The position numbers and the translations under genes were made by a program. The notes beneath the pieces are model-generated. The model worked only from the letters and a program-made list of their open reading frames with translations. It made no database searches and was not told the DNA's origin. DNA of 35,764 nt from an uncultured Gammaproteobacteria bacterium (GTDB lineage: Bacteria > Patescibacteriota > Patescibacteriia > UBA2196 > GWA2-42-15): assembly GCA_964628705.1 (NCBI GenBank), contig CAZVLW010000001.1, positions 3,298 through 39,061 of the forward strand, written 5' to 3'. This document shows positions 7,412 through 16,799 of this stretch, piece after piece (the first letter of the stretch is position 1; every line of letters starts with the position of its first letter).

Positions 7412-8218
7412 TTATTGCGGTATAATCACGGTTACTAATGATAGATAACGAGCATCAATTAGAGGCTCGGCTAAAGCCTTTTGCCACAGCTCTTCTTGTT
7501 GGTTTTCAACTTTGGTAATTTCTCCAATAATTAAACCGCTTGGTATGTCTTTTTCAAAACCTGACGTGGCTACAATATCTCCCTCTTCTATGGCTACCCC
7601 TTTGGGAAGCATAGTAATATTTAAACTAAGATTATGCTCGCCTTGGCAGATGCCATAAATAACCTGTGATGCTTTGACCATAACTGAAAGCTCTGCTTGG
7701 CTTGAAACCAAAAGCTCAATATAAGAGATATCTTGTTGTGCTTGATTAATCTTGCCGATCATCACACCTTGATCTGTAGTGACAGCTAAACCGTCGCGCA
7801 ATCCGTGAAGAGTGCCCTTATTGATAATTAATTCACCACTGGCAGAGCCATAATTGGTAGCTAATACTCTAGCTATTTGATAGTTGTAATTAACATCTTC
7901 TAAAAATTGAATTTCTTTTTTTAACCATTGATTTTCTTTTTTAAGGGCTGATAGCTGTAAATTTTGTTTGTAAAAATTTACTATTTTTTGATTTAACTCC
8001 AAATTTCTTTGATAATACCGTTTGGCATCTATATAAATATAAATATTTTTGGCAATTTTTTTTGACAAAAAACTTACGCCGGAAACAACTGGATTTGAAA
8101 CTACGCGTAAATAGCTATGAATTGAATTTGACAACCCACTGTGTAGTAGAATAGCTAAAATAATAATGGCTACAACCAAAGTAAAAGTGGCTCTGCTGGT
8201 GATATTAATTTGGCGCAT
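7412..8218 (-). CDS. mreC: Rod shape-determining protein MreC
   Basis: N-terminal TM helix, a coiled coil (LELNQKIVNFYKQNLQLSALKKENQWLKKEIQFLE) and a C-terminal beta-barrel region. Operon position supports the call. Confidence 0.85.
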   Translation of the reverse strand: MRQINITSRATFTLVVAIIILAILLHSGLSNSIHSYLRVVSNPVVSGVSFLSKKIAKNIYIYIDAKRYYQRNLELNQKIVNFYKQNLQLSALKKENQWLKKEIQFLEDVNYNYQIARVLATNYGSASGELIINKGTLHGLRDGLAVTTDQGVMIGKINQAQQDISYIELLVSSQAELSVMVKASQVIYGICQGEHNLSLNITMLPKGVAIEEGDIVATSGFEKDIPSGLIIGEITKVENQQEELWQKALAEPLIDARYLSLVTVIIPQ

Positions 8219-8265
8219 AAGTATAATTCAGTAGCGTTATTTTACCAAAAAAGGTTTAAAAATAC

Positions 8266-8287
8266 AAAAAAAACAGCCCGGTGGCTA
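8266..8287 (-). terminator. Weak intrinsic terminator or attenuator between mreB and mreC
   Basis: On the minus strand, UAGCC-ACCG-GGCUG is followed by a run of 8 U. The stem is short. Confidence 0.35.
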
Positions 8288-8451
8288 CAAACTGCTATTA
8301 AACTACGCACTAAGTCAACTAACTTAATTAAAAAAAGCTATAACTAAATGCTTGATAATTGAATATTTTTATGGGATTAGTTAGAGGGTTTTATCACCTT
8401 GTTAAACTAAACCGCCTTTCAAAGTGTCTTAATTTGGTATTTAATTAGCGC

Positions 8452-9492
8452 CTATCTGGCTGATGGAATAATAACATCTTGAAGATTGTCTATATCTTCC
8501 AAAATCAGACCTGCCCCGCGCACCACACAGGTCAATGGATCATCTATCACAGTCACTGGCACCTTAGTTTCTTTGCGTACCAACTCATCAAAACCACGGA
8601 GTAAAGCACCGCCTCCGGAAAGCACCAATCCCCTTTTTTTAATATCTGAGACCAGCTCTGGCGGAGTTTCCTCTAAGGTATTTTTAATGTTACTAACAAT
8701 ATGTTTAAATGAACTGGAAATGGCGTCTTTAACTTCAGCTTCTGTGATTTTTACTTCCTTAGGCAGACCACTTAAAATATCTCGGCCACTCACTTGTAAC
8801 TCTTCTGGTTTTTCACTGGGATAAACCGTGCCTAATTTTATTTTAATTTTTTCAGCTGTTATATCACCAATCAATAGATTAAAACTTTCACGGATATATT
8901 GTTGAATATTTTTATTGAAAATATCGCCGGCAGTTAAAATTGACTTCCAAGCCACCACCCCTGAAAGTGAAATAACGGCGATTTGTGTCAGCCCGCCTCC
9001 AATATCAACAATAAAATTGCCGGTTGATTCTTGGACTGGCATACGTGCGCCAATAGCAGCCGCCATGGGCTCTTCAACCAAAAAAACCTCTCTGGCGCCA
9101 GCACCCAAAGCGGCGTCTTCAACAGCTTTCCTTTCTACCTCTGTAACATCCAAAGGTATGCCAATAACAACTCGCGGCTTGGTGCTTAAAATACCCATCC
9201 TTTCATTTAAAATTTTTTCAATATAATATTTAAGCATTTTCTCAGATGCTTCAAAATCTGAAATAGTCCCCTCTACTAAGGGCTTAGAGGCAATAATATG
9301 CGATGGGGTTTTACCTATCATACGCTTAGCATCATCACCTACGGCTACAATCTGATCAGTTCTGGTGTTAATAGCCACAACTGATGGCTCATTGATTAAA
9401 ATACCTTTATCTTTAACATAAATCAAGGTACTTGAAGTACCTAAATCTACACCTAAATCTTTGGAAAAATTGGAAAAAAACTTTTTTAACAT
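8452..9492 (-). CDS. mreB: Rod shape-determining actin homolog MreB
   Basis: Actin-fold phosphate and adenosine motifs are DLGVDLGTSSTL, IVDIGGGLTQIAV and LVLSGGGALLRG. Confidence 0.95.
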   Translation of the reverse strand: MLKKFFSNFSKDLGVDLGTSSTLIYVKDKGILINEPSVVAINTRTDQIVAVGDDAKRMIGKTPSHIIASKPLVEGTISDFEASEKMLKYYIEKILNERMGILSTKPRVVIGIPLDVTEVERKAVEDAALGAGAREVFLVEEPMAAAIGARMPVQESTGNFIVDIGGGLTQIAVISLSGVVAWKSILTAGDIFNKNIQQYIRESFNLLIGDITAEKIKIKLGTVYPSEKPEELQVSGRDILSGLPKEVKITEAEVKDAISSSFKHIVSNIKNTLEETPPELVSDIKKRGLVLSGGGALLRGFDELVRKETKVPVTVIDDPLTCVVRGAGLILEDIDNLQDVIIPSAR

Positions 9493-9592
9493 ACTCTAAA
9501 CTGCAGATATTATTACAAATATACCTCCTATAAATAATTTCTTCTATATCTTAGAAACCATTCAAATTAAAATTGCATTTACTAAAAACTGA

Positions 9593-11281
9593 TTAACTTA
9601 ACAATAAATCCTGAAGCTCTATGAGTTTAGTTTCATCTTCATCTCTTTTCTTTATTTCAATTTTACCTTGAGTTTTATGGCTGACAACTAACCTGTAAGG
9701 AATACCAATCAAATCTGCCTCTGTAAATTTCTGGCCAACGCTTAAATCATGGCGATTGTCATAAAGCACCTCTATACCGGCTTGATTGAGCTGATTATAA
9801 ATATTATCTGCCTGAGCAATAATCTGAGAATCTTGACTCAGATTTAAAAGGTGATATTTAAAAGGTGCCACCTCTTCAGGCCAAATAATACCCCTCTCGT
9901 CATGAAAAACTTCAACAATAGTGCCCATTATACGCGATGGCCCAATACCATAACAGCCCATAACAACTGGTTTTTCATGGCCTTCTTTATCTTTATAAGT
10001 AAAATTAAATGCAGAGCTAAATTTGGTTTTAAGTTTAAAAATATTGCCCACCTCAATGCCTTTTTTAAGCTTGTATGGCTCGCCTCTCTCAGGGTAAAGA
10101 TCCCCTTTACGAGCCACCTTAATATCATAAAATTTTTCCGGCTCAGGAAGGTCCCTGCCAAAGTTTACGTTAATAGTATGATAATTGGTTTTATTTGCGC
10201 CACACTCAAAATTTATTCTACCTTGTAGAGAATCATCCATAAAAACTTTTACTTCATCTGGTAAATTTAGAATGCCTGCATAACCCAGTTCCGCTCCAGT
10301 GATTTCTTTTACTTTTTGGCTACTGGCCAGCTTTAACTCCTTACAATGAGCAACTTCAGATAATTTTAACTCATTAACATCATAATCGCCACGCACAGCG
10401 GCCGCAATAATTTCACCTTTTTCAGTTTCAAATAAAATTGTTTTAGTAGTTTTTTCTACTGGAATATTTAAAAATTTTGCCAGCTCTTCAACACCGATAA
10501 TACCCTTACCTTCAACTTCTTGTAACTCAGCCGACTGTTCATGTCCTTGGTCTAAGGATGGTGCTTTAACGGGAGCAATTTCTTTATTGAAAGCCAAATT
10601 TTTACTCTCAACTATAAAAATAGTATCTTCGCCTGCTTCAGATAATGTCTGATATTCATGTGAATATTTTGAAAAATCACCGCCTGATGCAAAAACTTGA
10701 ATGGTTAGCTCTGCTAAGCCAACCCGATTTATAATCTTTTGGTAGGCTTGTTGTACTTGTTGATAATATTTTTCTAAATCGTCCTCATTAGTATGAAATG
10801 AGTATAAATCCTTCATGAAAAATTCACGTCCGCGCAAAAGACCTGATTTAGCGCGCGGCTCATTACGAAATTTCGTTTGAATTTGGTAGACTGCCGTTGG
10901 TAAATCTTTATACGAAAAAATATTTTTTTGCGCCAAAGGTGTTATAATTTCTTCATGCGTGGGCCCCAGAGCATACTCTTTTTCACCGGAACCAGTTAAT
11001 TTAAATAAAGCAGCGAAAGTTTCCCAGCGGGATGTTTTTTGCCAATTTTCTTTAGGATGGAGAACGGGCATCAATAGCTCTTGACCGCCAATAGCATTCA
11101 TTTCTTGCCTAATAATATTTTCAATTTTATTCAAAACTCGGTAGCCCAAAGGCAAATAATTAAAAACACCCGACATTTGCTTATCAATAAAGCCAGCTCG
11201 GATTAAGAGCTGGGCATTTACAGACTCTTCATCCTTGGGTTCTTCTTTAAGGGTAGTATAAAATAGTTTGGATTGAAGCAT
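9593..11281 (-). CDS. proS: Prolyl-tRNA synthetase (bacterial type with insertion/editing domain)
   Basis: Class II motifs are FRNEPRAKSGLLRGREF and GCYGIGPSR. A C-terminal anticodon-binding domain is present. Confidence 0.93.
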   Translation of the reverse strand: MLQSKLFYTTLKEEPKDEESVNAQLLIRAGFIDKQMSGVFNYLPLGYRVLNKIENIIRQEMNAIGGQELLMPVLHPKENWQKTSRWETFAALFKLTGSGEKEYALGPTHEEIITPLAQKNIFSYKDLPTAVYQIQTKFRNEPRAKSGLLRGREFFMKDLYSFHTNEDDLEKYYQQVQQAYQKIINRVGLAELTIQVFASGGDFSKYSHEYQTLSEAGEDTIFIVESKNLAFNKEIAPVKAPSLDQGHEQSAELQEVEGKGIIGVEELAKFLNIPVEKTTKTILFETEKGEIIAAAVRGDYDVNELKLSEVAHCKELKLASSQKVKEITGAELGYAGILNLPDEVKVFMDDSLQGRINFECGANKTNYHTINVNFGRDLPEPEKFYDIKVARKGDLYPERGEPYKLKKGIEVGNIFKLKTKFSSAFNFTYKDKEGHEKPVVMGCYGIGPSRIMGTIVEVFHDERGIIWPEEVAPFKYHLLNLSQDSQIIAQADNIYNQLNQAGIEVLYDNRHDLSVGQKFTEADLIGIPYRLVVSHKTQGKIEIKKRDEDETKLIELQDLLLS

Positions 11282-11331
11282 AAAATAATAAGTTTTAAAA
11301 TTTAAAAAATTAAGTTGACAACTTTACTGCC

Positions 11332-11359
11332 ATTATATACTTTTAATCCTTTTAGTCAA
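11332..11359 (-). promoter_or_regulatory. Sigma70-type promoter TTGACT-16-TATAAT upstream of proS
   Basis: On the minus strand, TTGACT is the reverse complement of 11354-11359. The spacer is 16 nt. TATAAT is the reverse complement of 11332-11337. Confidence 0.5.
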
Positions 11360-11361
11360 AA

Positions 11362-12525
11362 CTAAAAAATGGAGCTAACGGCTTGCCAGATCTTTTCTCC
11401 ATAGGTCCTAATATCCTTGTAAGTGACTAAAATAATTATGCCCATAAGCAGAATAAATCCGATTTGATGAACCGCGGCTTCAAGTTCTTGTTTGACTGGC
11501 CTGCCCTTTATTTTCTCAATAGCTAAAAATAAAATTCTGCCACCGTCTAATGCGGGAATGGGCAATAAATTAATAATGCCTAAATTAAGTGACAAAAGTG
11601 CTGTAAACTGCAGAACATAAACCCATCCTAAGTCCACCACCTGTCCTGTTAAAACAGCAATACCTACTGGCCCAGCAACTTCAGCTGCCAGCTTAGGTCC
11701 GCCAAATAAACTGCCAATCAATTGACCAAAAGCGGTTAAAATAGTTCCTACTAAACCAATGGTGGTGACAAAGCCCATATAGATTGCTCTGTACCATGGA
11801 TAGCTAATAAGTGCTGTCTCTACTAACTGCACTCCTATTACAGCCCTGCCTAACTCTTCATCAAACTGGGGTGTTAGATTGAATTCTATTTGTTCTTCCC
11901 CGCGCTGGACAGTTAGAGAAACTGCTTGATCTTGAAATTGGTTAACCTTGTTTTGCACATCTTCTATGTGTGGTGTGTTTTCATTGTTTATAGATAAAAT
12001 CACGTCGCCAGCCCTGAGTCCACTTTGGACAGCTGGTGAATCTGGGGCGAGCTCAATAATTTGAACTTTGGCTTGGCTAAGAGTAGCACTTGAATTATCC
12101 ATCCCATCCACAGCGCTGGGAATACCCACCATAAAACCAATACTTAAAAGCACCGCACATAAAACAAAATTCATGAAAACTCCGGCAAAAAGCATAATAA
12201 ACCTTTGCCACACAGGACGCGAACCAAAACTATCAGAGATATTTTTGTCTTCGCCATCTTCGCCTTTAATTTTTACAAAACCACCCAATGGCAGCCAGTT
12301 TAAAGACCAAACTGTGCGTTTATGATCTTCAGCTTTTTCATTTTTGCCAACCAGTTTCCATTTATCTGTCTTATCTTTTACCCAGCCAAATATTCTTGGG
12401 GGATAACCAAAACCAAACTCTTCTGCTTTAACTTTAAAAATTCGGGCAGATAAAAAATGGCCTAATTCGTGCACTAATATCAATAGACCAAGGATTAATA
12501 TAAATACGATAATGGTTAGTAACAT
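11362..12525 (-). CDS. rseP: RIP metalloprotease RseP (M50 site-2 protease with PDZ)
   Basis: HELGHF zinc motif, a central PDZ domain and the NLLPIPALDGG motif. Confidence 0.92.
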   Translation of the reverse strand: MLLTIIVFILILGLLILVHELGHFLSARIFKVKAEEFGFGYPPRIFGWVKDKTDKWKLVGKNEKAEDHKRTVWSLNWLPLGGFVKIKGEDGEDKNISDSFGSRPVWQRFIMLFAGVFMNFVLCAVLLSIGFMVGIPSAVDGMDNSSATLSQAKVQIIELAPDSPAVQSGLRAGDVILSINNENTPHIEDVQNKVNQFQDQAVSLTVQRGEEQIEFNLTPQFDEELGRAVIGVQLVETALISYPWYRAIYMGFVTTIGLVGTILTAFGQLIGSLFGGPKLAAEVAGPVGIAVLTGQVVDLGWVYVLQFTALLSLNLGIINLLPIPALDGGRILFLAIEKIKGRPVKQELEAAVHQIGFILLMGIIILVTYKDIRTYGEKIWQAVSSIF

Positions 12526-12633
12526 AAATAAATATAAATTTGGGTTTAGGTTATTCCTCAGCTAACCATAAAGCTATTATTGGAATACCGCGTTTTTATT
12601 GAAAAGATTAAAAATGATTGTTAACTGTTTACT

Positions 12634-12761
12634 CACCCAACTCGCCACAATACATCGCTTTGGGCGTGATATATCCAATGGCAGTTATCTGCTTGACACG
12701 CCATCAATAGGTGGGCGTAGCCAAATGTCGCGGATGGGCTAACGGCGAATGTGTTGGCTGG
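12634..12761 (-). other. GC-rich structured island (candidate ncRNA or leader) between frr and rseP
   Basis: About 130 nt markedly more GC-rich than the flanks. In minus sense, AGCCAA/UUGGCU forms one hairpin. ACGCC/GGCGU and GGCGUG/CACGCC form two mutually exclusive helices that share the middle GGCGU. Confidence 0.3.
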
Positions 12762-12766
12762 TTTAT

Positions 12767-12801
12767 TGTTAGTTGTTAGTTGTTAATTGTTATTGGTTGA
12801 C
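12767..12801. repeat. Heptanucleotide tandem repeat (TTGTTAG x2, TTGTTAA, TTGTTAT, TGGTTGA)
   Basis: Read directly from the sequence. The repeat begins 3 nt beyond the frr stop codon. Confidence 0.8.
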
Positions 12802-12804
12802 TCT

Positions 12805-13350
12805 TTACAATTTTATCTCCTCTTCTTTTTTATTGCCAACTTCTTCAATTTTACCGTGGTACTCACGTGTCATTTCATCTAAATCCTCAATCAATTTATA
12901 TTTTTTATCCTCCCCAATCTCTTTATCATTAAAGGCCTTGGTAACCTCTTCTTTAATATTATCCCTAATGCCACGAACCGAATGTCTGGCGTTTTCTAAT
13001 TTGTTATTCAATACCTTCAATAGCTCCTTGCGACTTTCTTCTGTCGTTGGGGGTATAGCAATTCTTAAATAAGTGCCTTCATTAGCTACATTAAGGCCTA
13101 AACTAGCGCTTTGAATACTTTTTTCTATATCTTTAATAACTTGCCTGTCCCATGGTTCAACTACCAACATTTTTGGCTCTGGCGCTTGAATGCTGGCTAA
13201 TTGGACTAAAGGCATTTTAGAGCTATAAACCTCTACTGTAATATTTTCAAGCAATGCTGGAGTGGCTCTATTTGAACGAATAGAAGCAATATCTTGTTTA
13301 AGATGCTCAATTGCTTTATCAAATTTTTGTTGATGGTTTTTGAGATCCAT
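12805..13350 (-). CDS. frr: Ribosome recycling factor
   Basis: Full-length RRF pattern (...IRSNRATPALLENITVEVY...LGLNVANEG..IRIAIPPTTEESRKELLK...). Confidence 0.95.
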   Translation of the reverse strand: MDLKNHQQKFDKAIEHLKQDIASIRSNRATPALLENITVEVYSSKMPLVQLASIQAPEPKMLVVEPWDRQVIKDIEKSIQSASLGLNVANEGTYLRIAIPPTTEESRKELLKVLNNKLENARHSVRGIRDNIKEEVTKAFNDKEIGEDKKYKLIEDLDEMTREYHGKIEEVGNKKEEEIKL

Positions 13351-13405
13351 AAAATTTATTCAAATGTTAATTATATATAAACATGTTTATACTAAATAAG
13401 CTATA

Positions 13406-14449
13406 TTATCTTCCCACAGCCAAATATATTTCATCTATATTTTGCTGGTTTAAAAGCAAATCAGTAGCTTTGGCCCCACCGGGAACAGGCAAGGCTTTGG
13501 TTTTCCAATTTATACCATTGTCTATAGTATGATATATAACATTGCCCACAATGTAAAATATCTCTCGGGGATTTGATTTATCAAAGGTTAAGACGTGAAT
13601 ATCTACTGAATTGGGATCGCTTATCAGCTGAACTTTTTGCCAATTTTGTCCACTATCAGATGATTTGAGGATACCATATTTAGAAAGATAAATAATATCA
13701 TTTTCCTGATTGTTAAAATGCAACTCGCCCACTATATCAATGCCCGGATATTGCTTGTTTTTATCTTGAATAATATTTTGCCAATTATCCCCCTCATCTA
13801 AACTTCTGTAAAGCTCTCGCTGTGTGGTGACATATATGTGCTGGCTGTTATGTGGGTTAATAAAAAGTGCTTTAGCTCTACTTTCAAAATCTTGCAGTTT
13901 ACGCCAGCTCTCCCCCCAATCTTGGCTCAATAACAAAGTACCGTCATTAGTTAGAATATAGATATAGCTAGTATCAAAATGGCTAATAGCCACATCTGCA
14001 ATGTGTATATTATGCCGACTTTCTGTATAAATTAAATTCCATGATTGGCCGTCGTCAGTAGTTCTAAATAACTGATTGCCTGAAACGATATAGATTATCC
14101 CACGGCTTTTTGGATTTAGAGTAAAACTGTGAATATCTTTATTGTTAATCATATACCAACTATCGCCCGCGTCCTCACTTTTAAATAAACCTACATTAGT
14201 ACCTCTATAAATTATATTTTTATCAAAAATATTAAACTCCAATTGGCGAGTTTGATAAGGAGCTAAATTTTTCTCATTGTGGGCAAGATTGTTTTTTTCC
14301 TGCCAACTAAGCCCCTTATCAGTGGATTTAAAGACCCCCATAGGACCAGCTGCGCCACCGCCGCCTCCGCTGGGCATAAAAGCGAAACTACAACCGCTTA
14401 AAATGAGAGGCAAAATAATTAATAGAGATGGTTTTAAATATGTTCTCAT
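13406..14449 (-). CDS. BNR/Asp-box repeat beta-propeller lipoprotein (Ycf48/sialidase-like fold)
   Basis: Seven SxDxGxxW boxes are present (STDKGLSW, SEDAGDSW, TTDDGQSW, SQDWGESW, SLDEGDNW, SSDSGQNW, TIDNGINW). I moved the start to the internal Met at 14449, which gives a lipoprotein signal peptide (LILSGC). The longer track ORF would overlap holB. Confidence 0.8.
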   Translation of the reverse strand: MRTYLKPSLLIILPLILSGCSFAFMPSGGGGGAAGPMGVFKSTDKGLSWQEKNNLAHNEKNLAPYQTRQLEFNIFDKNIIYRGTNVGLFKSEDAGDSWYMINNKDIHSFTLNPKSRGIIYIVSGNQLFRTTDDGQSWNLIYTESRHNIHIADVAISHFDTSYIYILTNDGTLLLSQDWGESWRKLQDFESRAKALFINPHNSQHIYVTTQRELYRSLDEGDNWQNIIQDKNKQYPGIDIVGELHFNNQENDIIYLSKYGILKSSDSGQNWQKVQLISDPNSVDIHVLTFDKSNPREIFYIVGNVIYHTIDNGINWKTKALPVPGGAKATDLLLNQQNIDEIYLAVGR

Positions 14450-14454
14450 AGTGC

Positions 14455-15456
14455 TTAATCTGGTTTGATTGTTAAAGCCAGCTCCTCTAAAGATAAACGA
14501 GGGTTGGCATTGGCTTGTATATAACGCTCGGCTTGATCGCATTTTTTAATCAAGCTGACTAAATTAGGGCTAGAAAAATGTTGCGCGCTTTGGGTTAGTT
14601 GGCCTTTAAGTTGAGTATTTATAAGATAACCAAAACACATATTTTTAATAAGTAACATATCCCTTAACAGCTGCCTTAAAATCTGAATAAAGAATTGGCT
14701 TTGTTCTTTGGTTTTGGCAGACTTACTTTGGGCAGCTACGCCTTGTATGTAGTTAAATTTTTGGTATAAGGGTTGGTTGATAAATTGGTAAATTTGTTTA
14801 ATTTGAGCTTCTAGTTCTGATAAAAGCTTGGGGTGTTTTTCAAAATACACCAACTTGCCTGGATAACCAGCTGAAAAATGTGTCAATTTATAAATCTCGT
14901 CCCTGCTTTGGCCTTTATTCTTTAGGTATTGACTTAATTCTTCTTTGCCTACTGGTTGAAATTTGATGAGTTGCACTCTGGATAAAATAGTTTGGGGAAT
15001 ATTTGAAATATTGTTGGAAATTAAAATGAAAATTGTCTTTGAAGTCGGCTCTTCTAAAATTTTTAAAAGTGCATTAGCCGCGGCTAAAGATAACTCCTGC
15101 GCGCCATTAATCAGCACTATTTTATATGAATTGAGAAAGGTGGCGTTTTGAAGCTTAGATTTTACTTGGCGCGCCTGCTCAACACTAATATTGGATTTAT
15201 CCTCGGGACGTGCTATATAAATAACGTCTGGATGGACCCGATTGTTGATTTGCTGACAATGGACACACTCTTTGCAGGGCCTTACCTGTCCAATACAGAA
15301 AATACTTTGCATAAAATAATCCGCCACCAAGCGCTTGCCTAAAAAATCTGGACCGTAAAATAAATAAGCGTGGTTGAGTTTTTGGTTGGCCACCACTGAT
15401 TGGAGGTAATTAACAATTTTTTTATGCCCTATCACAGGCCAATTAAACTGACTCAT
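14455..15456 (-). CDS. holB: DNA polymerase III delta-prime subunit
   Basis: AAA+ clamp-loader fold with HAYLFYGPDFLGK, a zinc module CKECVHC and an SRVQ sensor motif. Confidence 0.85.
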   Translation of the reverse strand: MSQFNWPVIGHKKIVNYLQSVVANQKLNHAYLFYGPDFLGKRLVADYFMQSIFCIGQVRPCKECVHCQQINNRVHPDVIYIARPEDKSNISVEQARQVKSKLQNATFLNSYKIVLINGAQELSLAAANALLKILEEPTSKTIFILISNNISNIPQTILSRVQLIKFQPVGKEELSQYLKNKGQSRDEIYKLTHFSAGYPGKLVYFEKHPKLLSELEAQIKQIYQFINQPLYQKFNYIQGVAAQSKSAKTKEQSQFFIQILRQLLRDMLLIKNMCFGYLINTQLKGQLTQSAQHFSSPNLVSLIKKCDQAERYIQANANPRLSLEELALTIKPD

Positions 15457-15539
15457 AAACCATCAAATCAAAAACTTAATATATCTATATCTTAACATTA
15501 ACATAATTTATGGTCAATTTAAATTATATAAAAACATGA

Positions 15540-15578
15540 CCCTTTCAAGGTTGTTTTTATAATTTATAAATGAAAGGG
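15540..15578 (-). terminator. Possible terminator after the glycosyltransferase gene
   Basis: CCCTTTCA pairs with TGAAAGGG over 8 bp with a 23-nt loop. On the minus strand the U-run follows only after 4 nt. Confidence 0.3.
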
Positions 15579-15605
15579 CTTGATAATTTAAATATTCTTA
15601 AACCT

Positions 15606-16658
15606 CTACGCTTTAAGTATGGAGTAAGTTTTATCAACACAACTTTGCCAGCTGAAGAAGTTGAGGCGCTCTTTGCCAGCGCGCACGAGAGTTTGCCTGA
15701 AATTTGAATGAATAATAATTTTTTCTAAACCTTGGGCAATAGCTTGGCTTGAATTAGGATCAACATAGAAGCAGGCGTCTTGGCCAACTTCACGCAAGAC
15801 CGGAATATCTGAAGCTAAAGTGGGCAAATTGAAACTAAAAGCCTCTAAAAGAGGAAGGCCAAAACCCTCGTATTTAGAAACCAACACCAGACAGTTGGCT
15901 TGGCTTAACAGCTCTTGCCTTTTGCTTTCATCAACGTAGTTAAGATAGTTAATATTTTTATTTTTTTCTATGCCGGCTTTAAGGAAATCAAAACCTATGC
16001 CGGGTTTGCCTGCCAAAATCAGCTGGTAATCAGTATGTTTTTGATTAAATACATTAAAACCATCTATTAAATTGGCAATGTTTTTTTTATCTTCAATCCG
16101 CCCTAAATATAAAATTTGCTTTTTGCGCGAGGTGGACTCGCTGGAAAAAATATGCGCATCAGCTCCAAAATAAGTAACTTCTATTTTACCTGCCGGACAA
16201 TTAAAATACTTAATCAAATCATTTTTGGTGGCTTGAGTGGGAGTTATAATTTTATGGGCATATTTGACTGACTGGCGGGTAGTTAATTTTAAAAACTGCC
16301 TTTGAGTCCACGAGTAACTTTGGGGCAAATGCATAAAAGCTATGTCATGAATGGTGACAATTTTTTTAGTTTTATGATTGAGTAGAGCTAAAAAAGGAAT
16401 AGTGTAGCTGGGTGAGAAAAACACTCTGGGTGGATTAAAAATGAGCTCAAAGCCAAGACGTAATTGGGACCATAACTTTTTGATTGGCCAAGCTAAAATT
16501 TTTTGAACGCCACGAGGCAAGGTGTCAATTAACCTAGGGGTAAATAAGAGCAAGCTACTGTCTTTTTCTAACAAACCCTTGATAATGGCTTTGGTATAAC
16601 GCTCCACACCAGTGGGTTTTTTAGTTGTTAGGCGCGAAGCGTCAATGGTGATAGTCAT
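15606..16658 (-). CDS. Glycosyltransferase family 4 (GT-B, retaining)
   Basis: C-terminal EX7E region reads YEGFGLPLLEAFSFNLPTLASDIPVLREV. Confidence 0.85.
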   Translation of the reverse strand: MTITIDASRLTTKKPTGVERYTKAIIKGLLEKDSSLLLFTPRLIDTLPRGVQKILAWPIKKLWSQLRLGFELIFNPPRVFFSPSYTIPFLALLNHKTKKIVTIHDIAFMHLPQSYSWTQRQFLKLTTRQSVKYAHKIITPTQATKNDLIKYFNCPAGKIEVTYFGADAHIFSSESTSRKKQILYLGRIEDKKNIANLIDGFNVFNQKHTDYQLILAGKPGIGFDFLKAGIEKNKNINYLNYVDESKRQELLSQANCLVLVSKYEGFGLPLLEAFSFNLPTLASDIPVLREVGQDACFYVDPNSSQAIAQGLEKIIIHSNFRQTLVRAGKERLNFFSWQSCVDKTYSILKA

Positions 16659-16799
16659 AAAATTTAATTAACAATCAAGAGTTGATGAAAAGTTGTGTGA
16701 TTGTACGGCTAAATAATCTCACCAACTTTTATAGTTAACTGGTTAACTATATGGCCAGATAAATATATTTGTTTAGCTTGATTTATCTATCTTGTCTTT

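Noticed and set aside
8486-9226. Long antisense ORFs inside mreB (also inside proS, rseP, holB, mreB2, topA, rel, parB, dus and others)
   Set aside because: All lie opposite or out of frame within genes with strong family signatures. They have low-complexity or Ser/Pro/Leu-rich translations typical of shadow ORFs.
9513-9529. Strong AGGAGG 31 nt upstream of the mreB ATG, followed 4 nt later by UUG-UAA (minimal start-stop uORF)
   Set aside because: It could be a regulatory start-stop element, but a single occurrence cannot be told apart from chance. The mreB N-terminus aligns with the annotated ATG.
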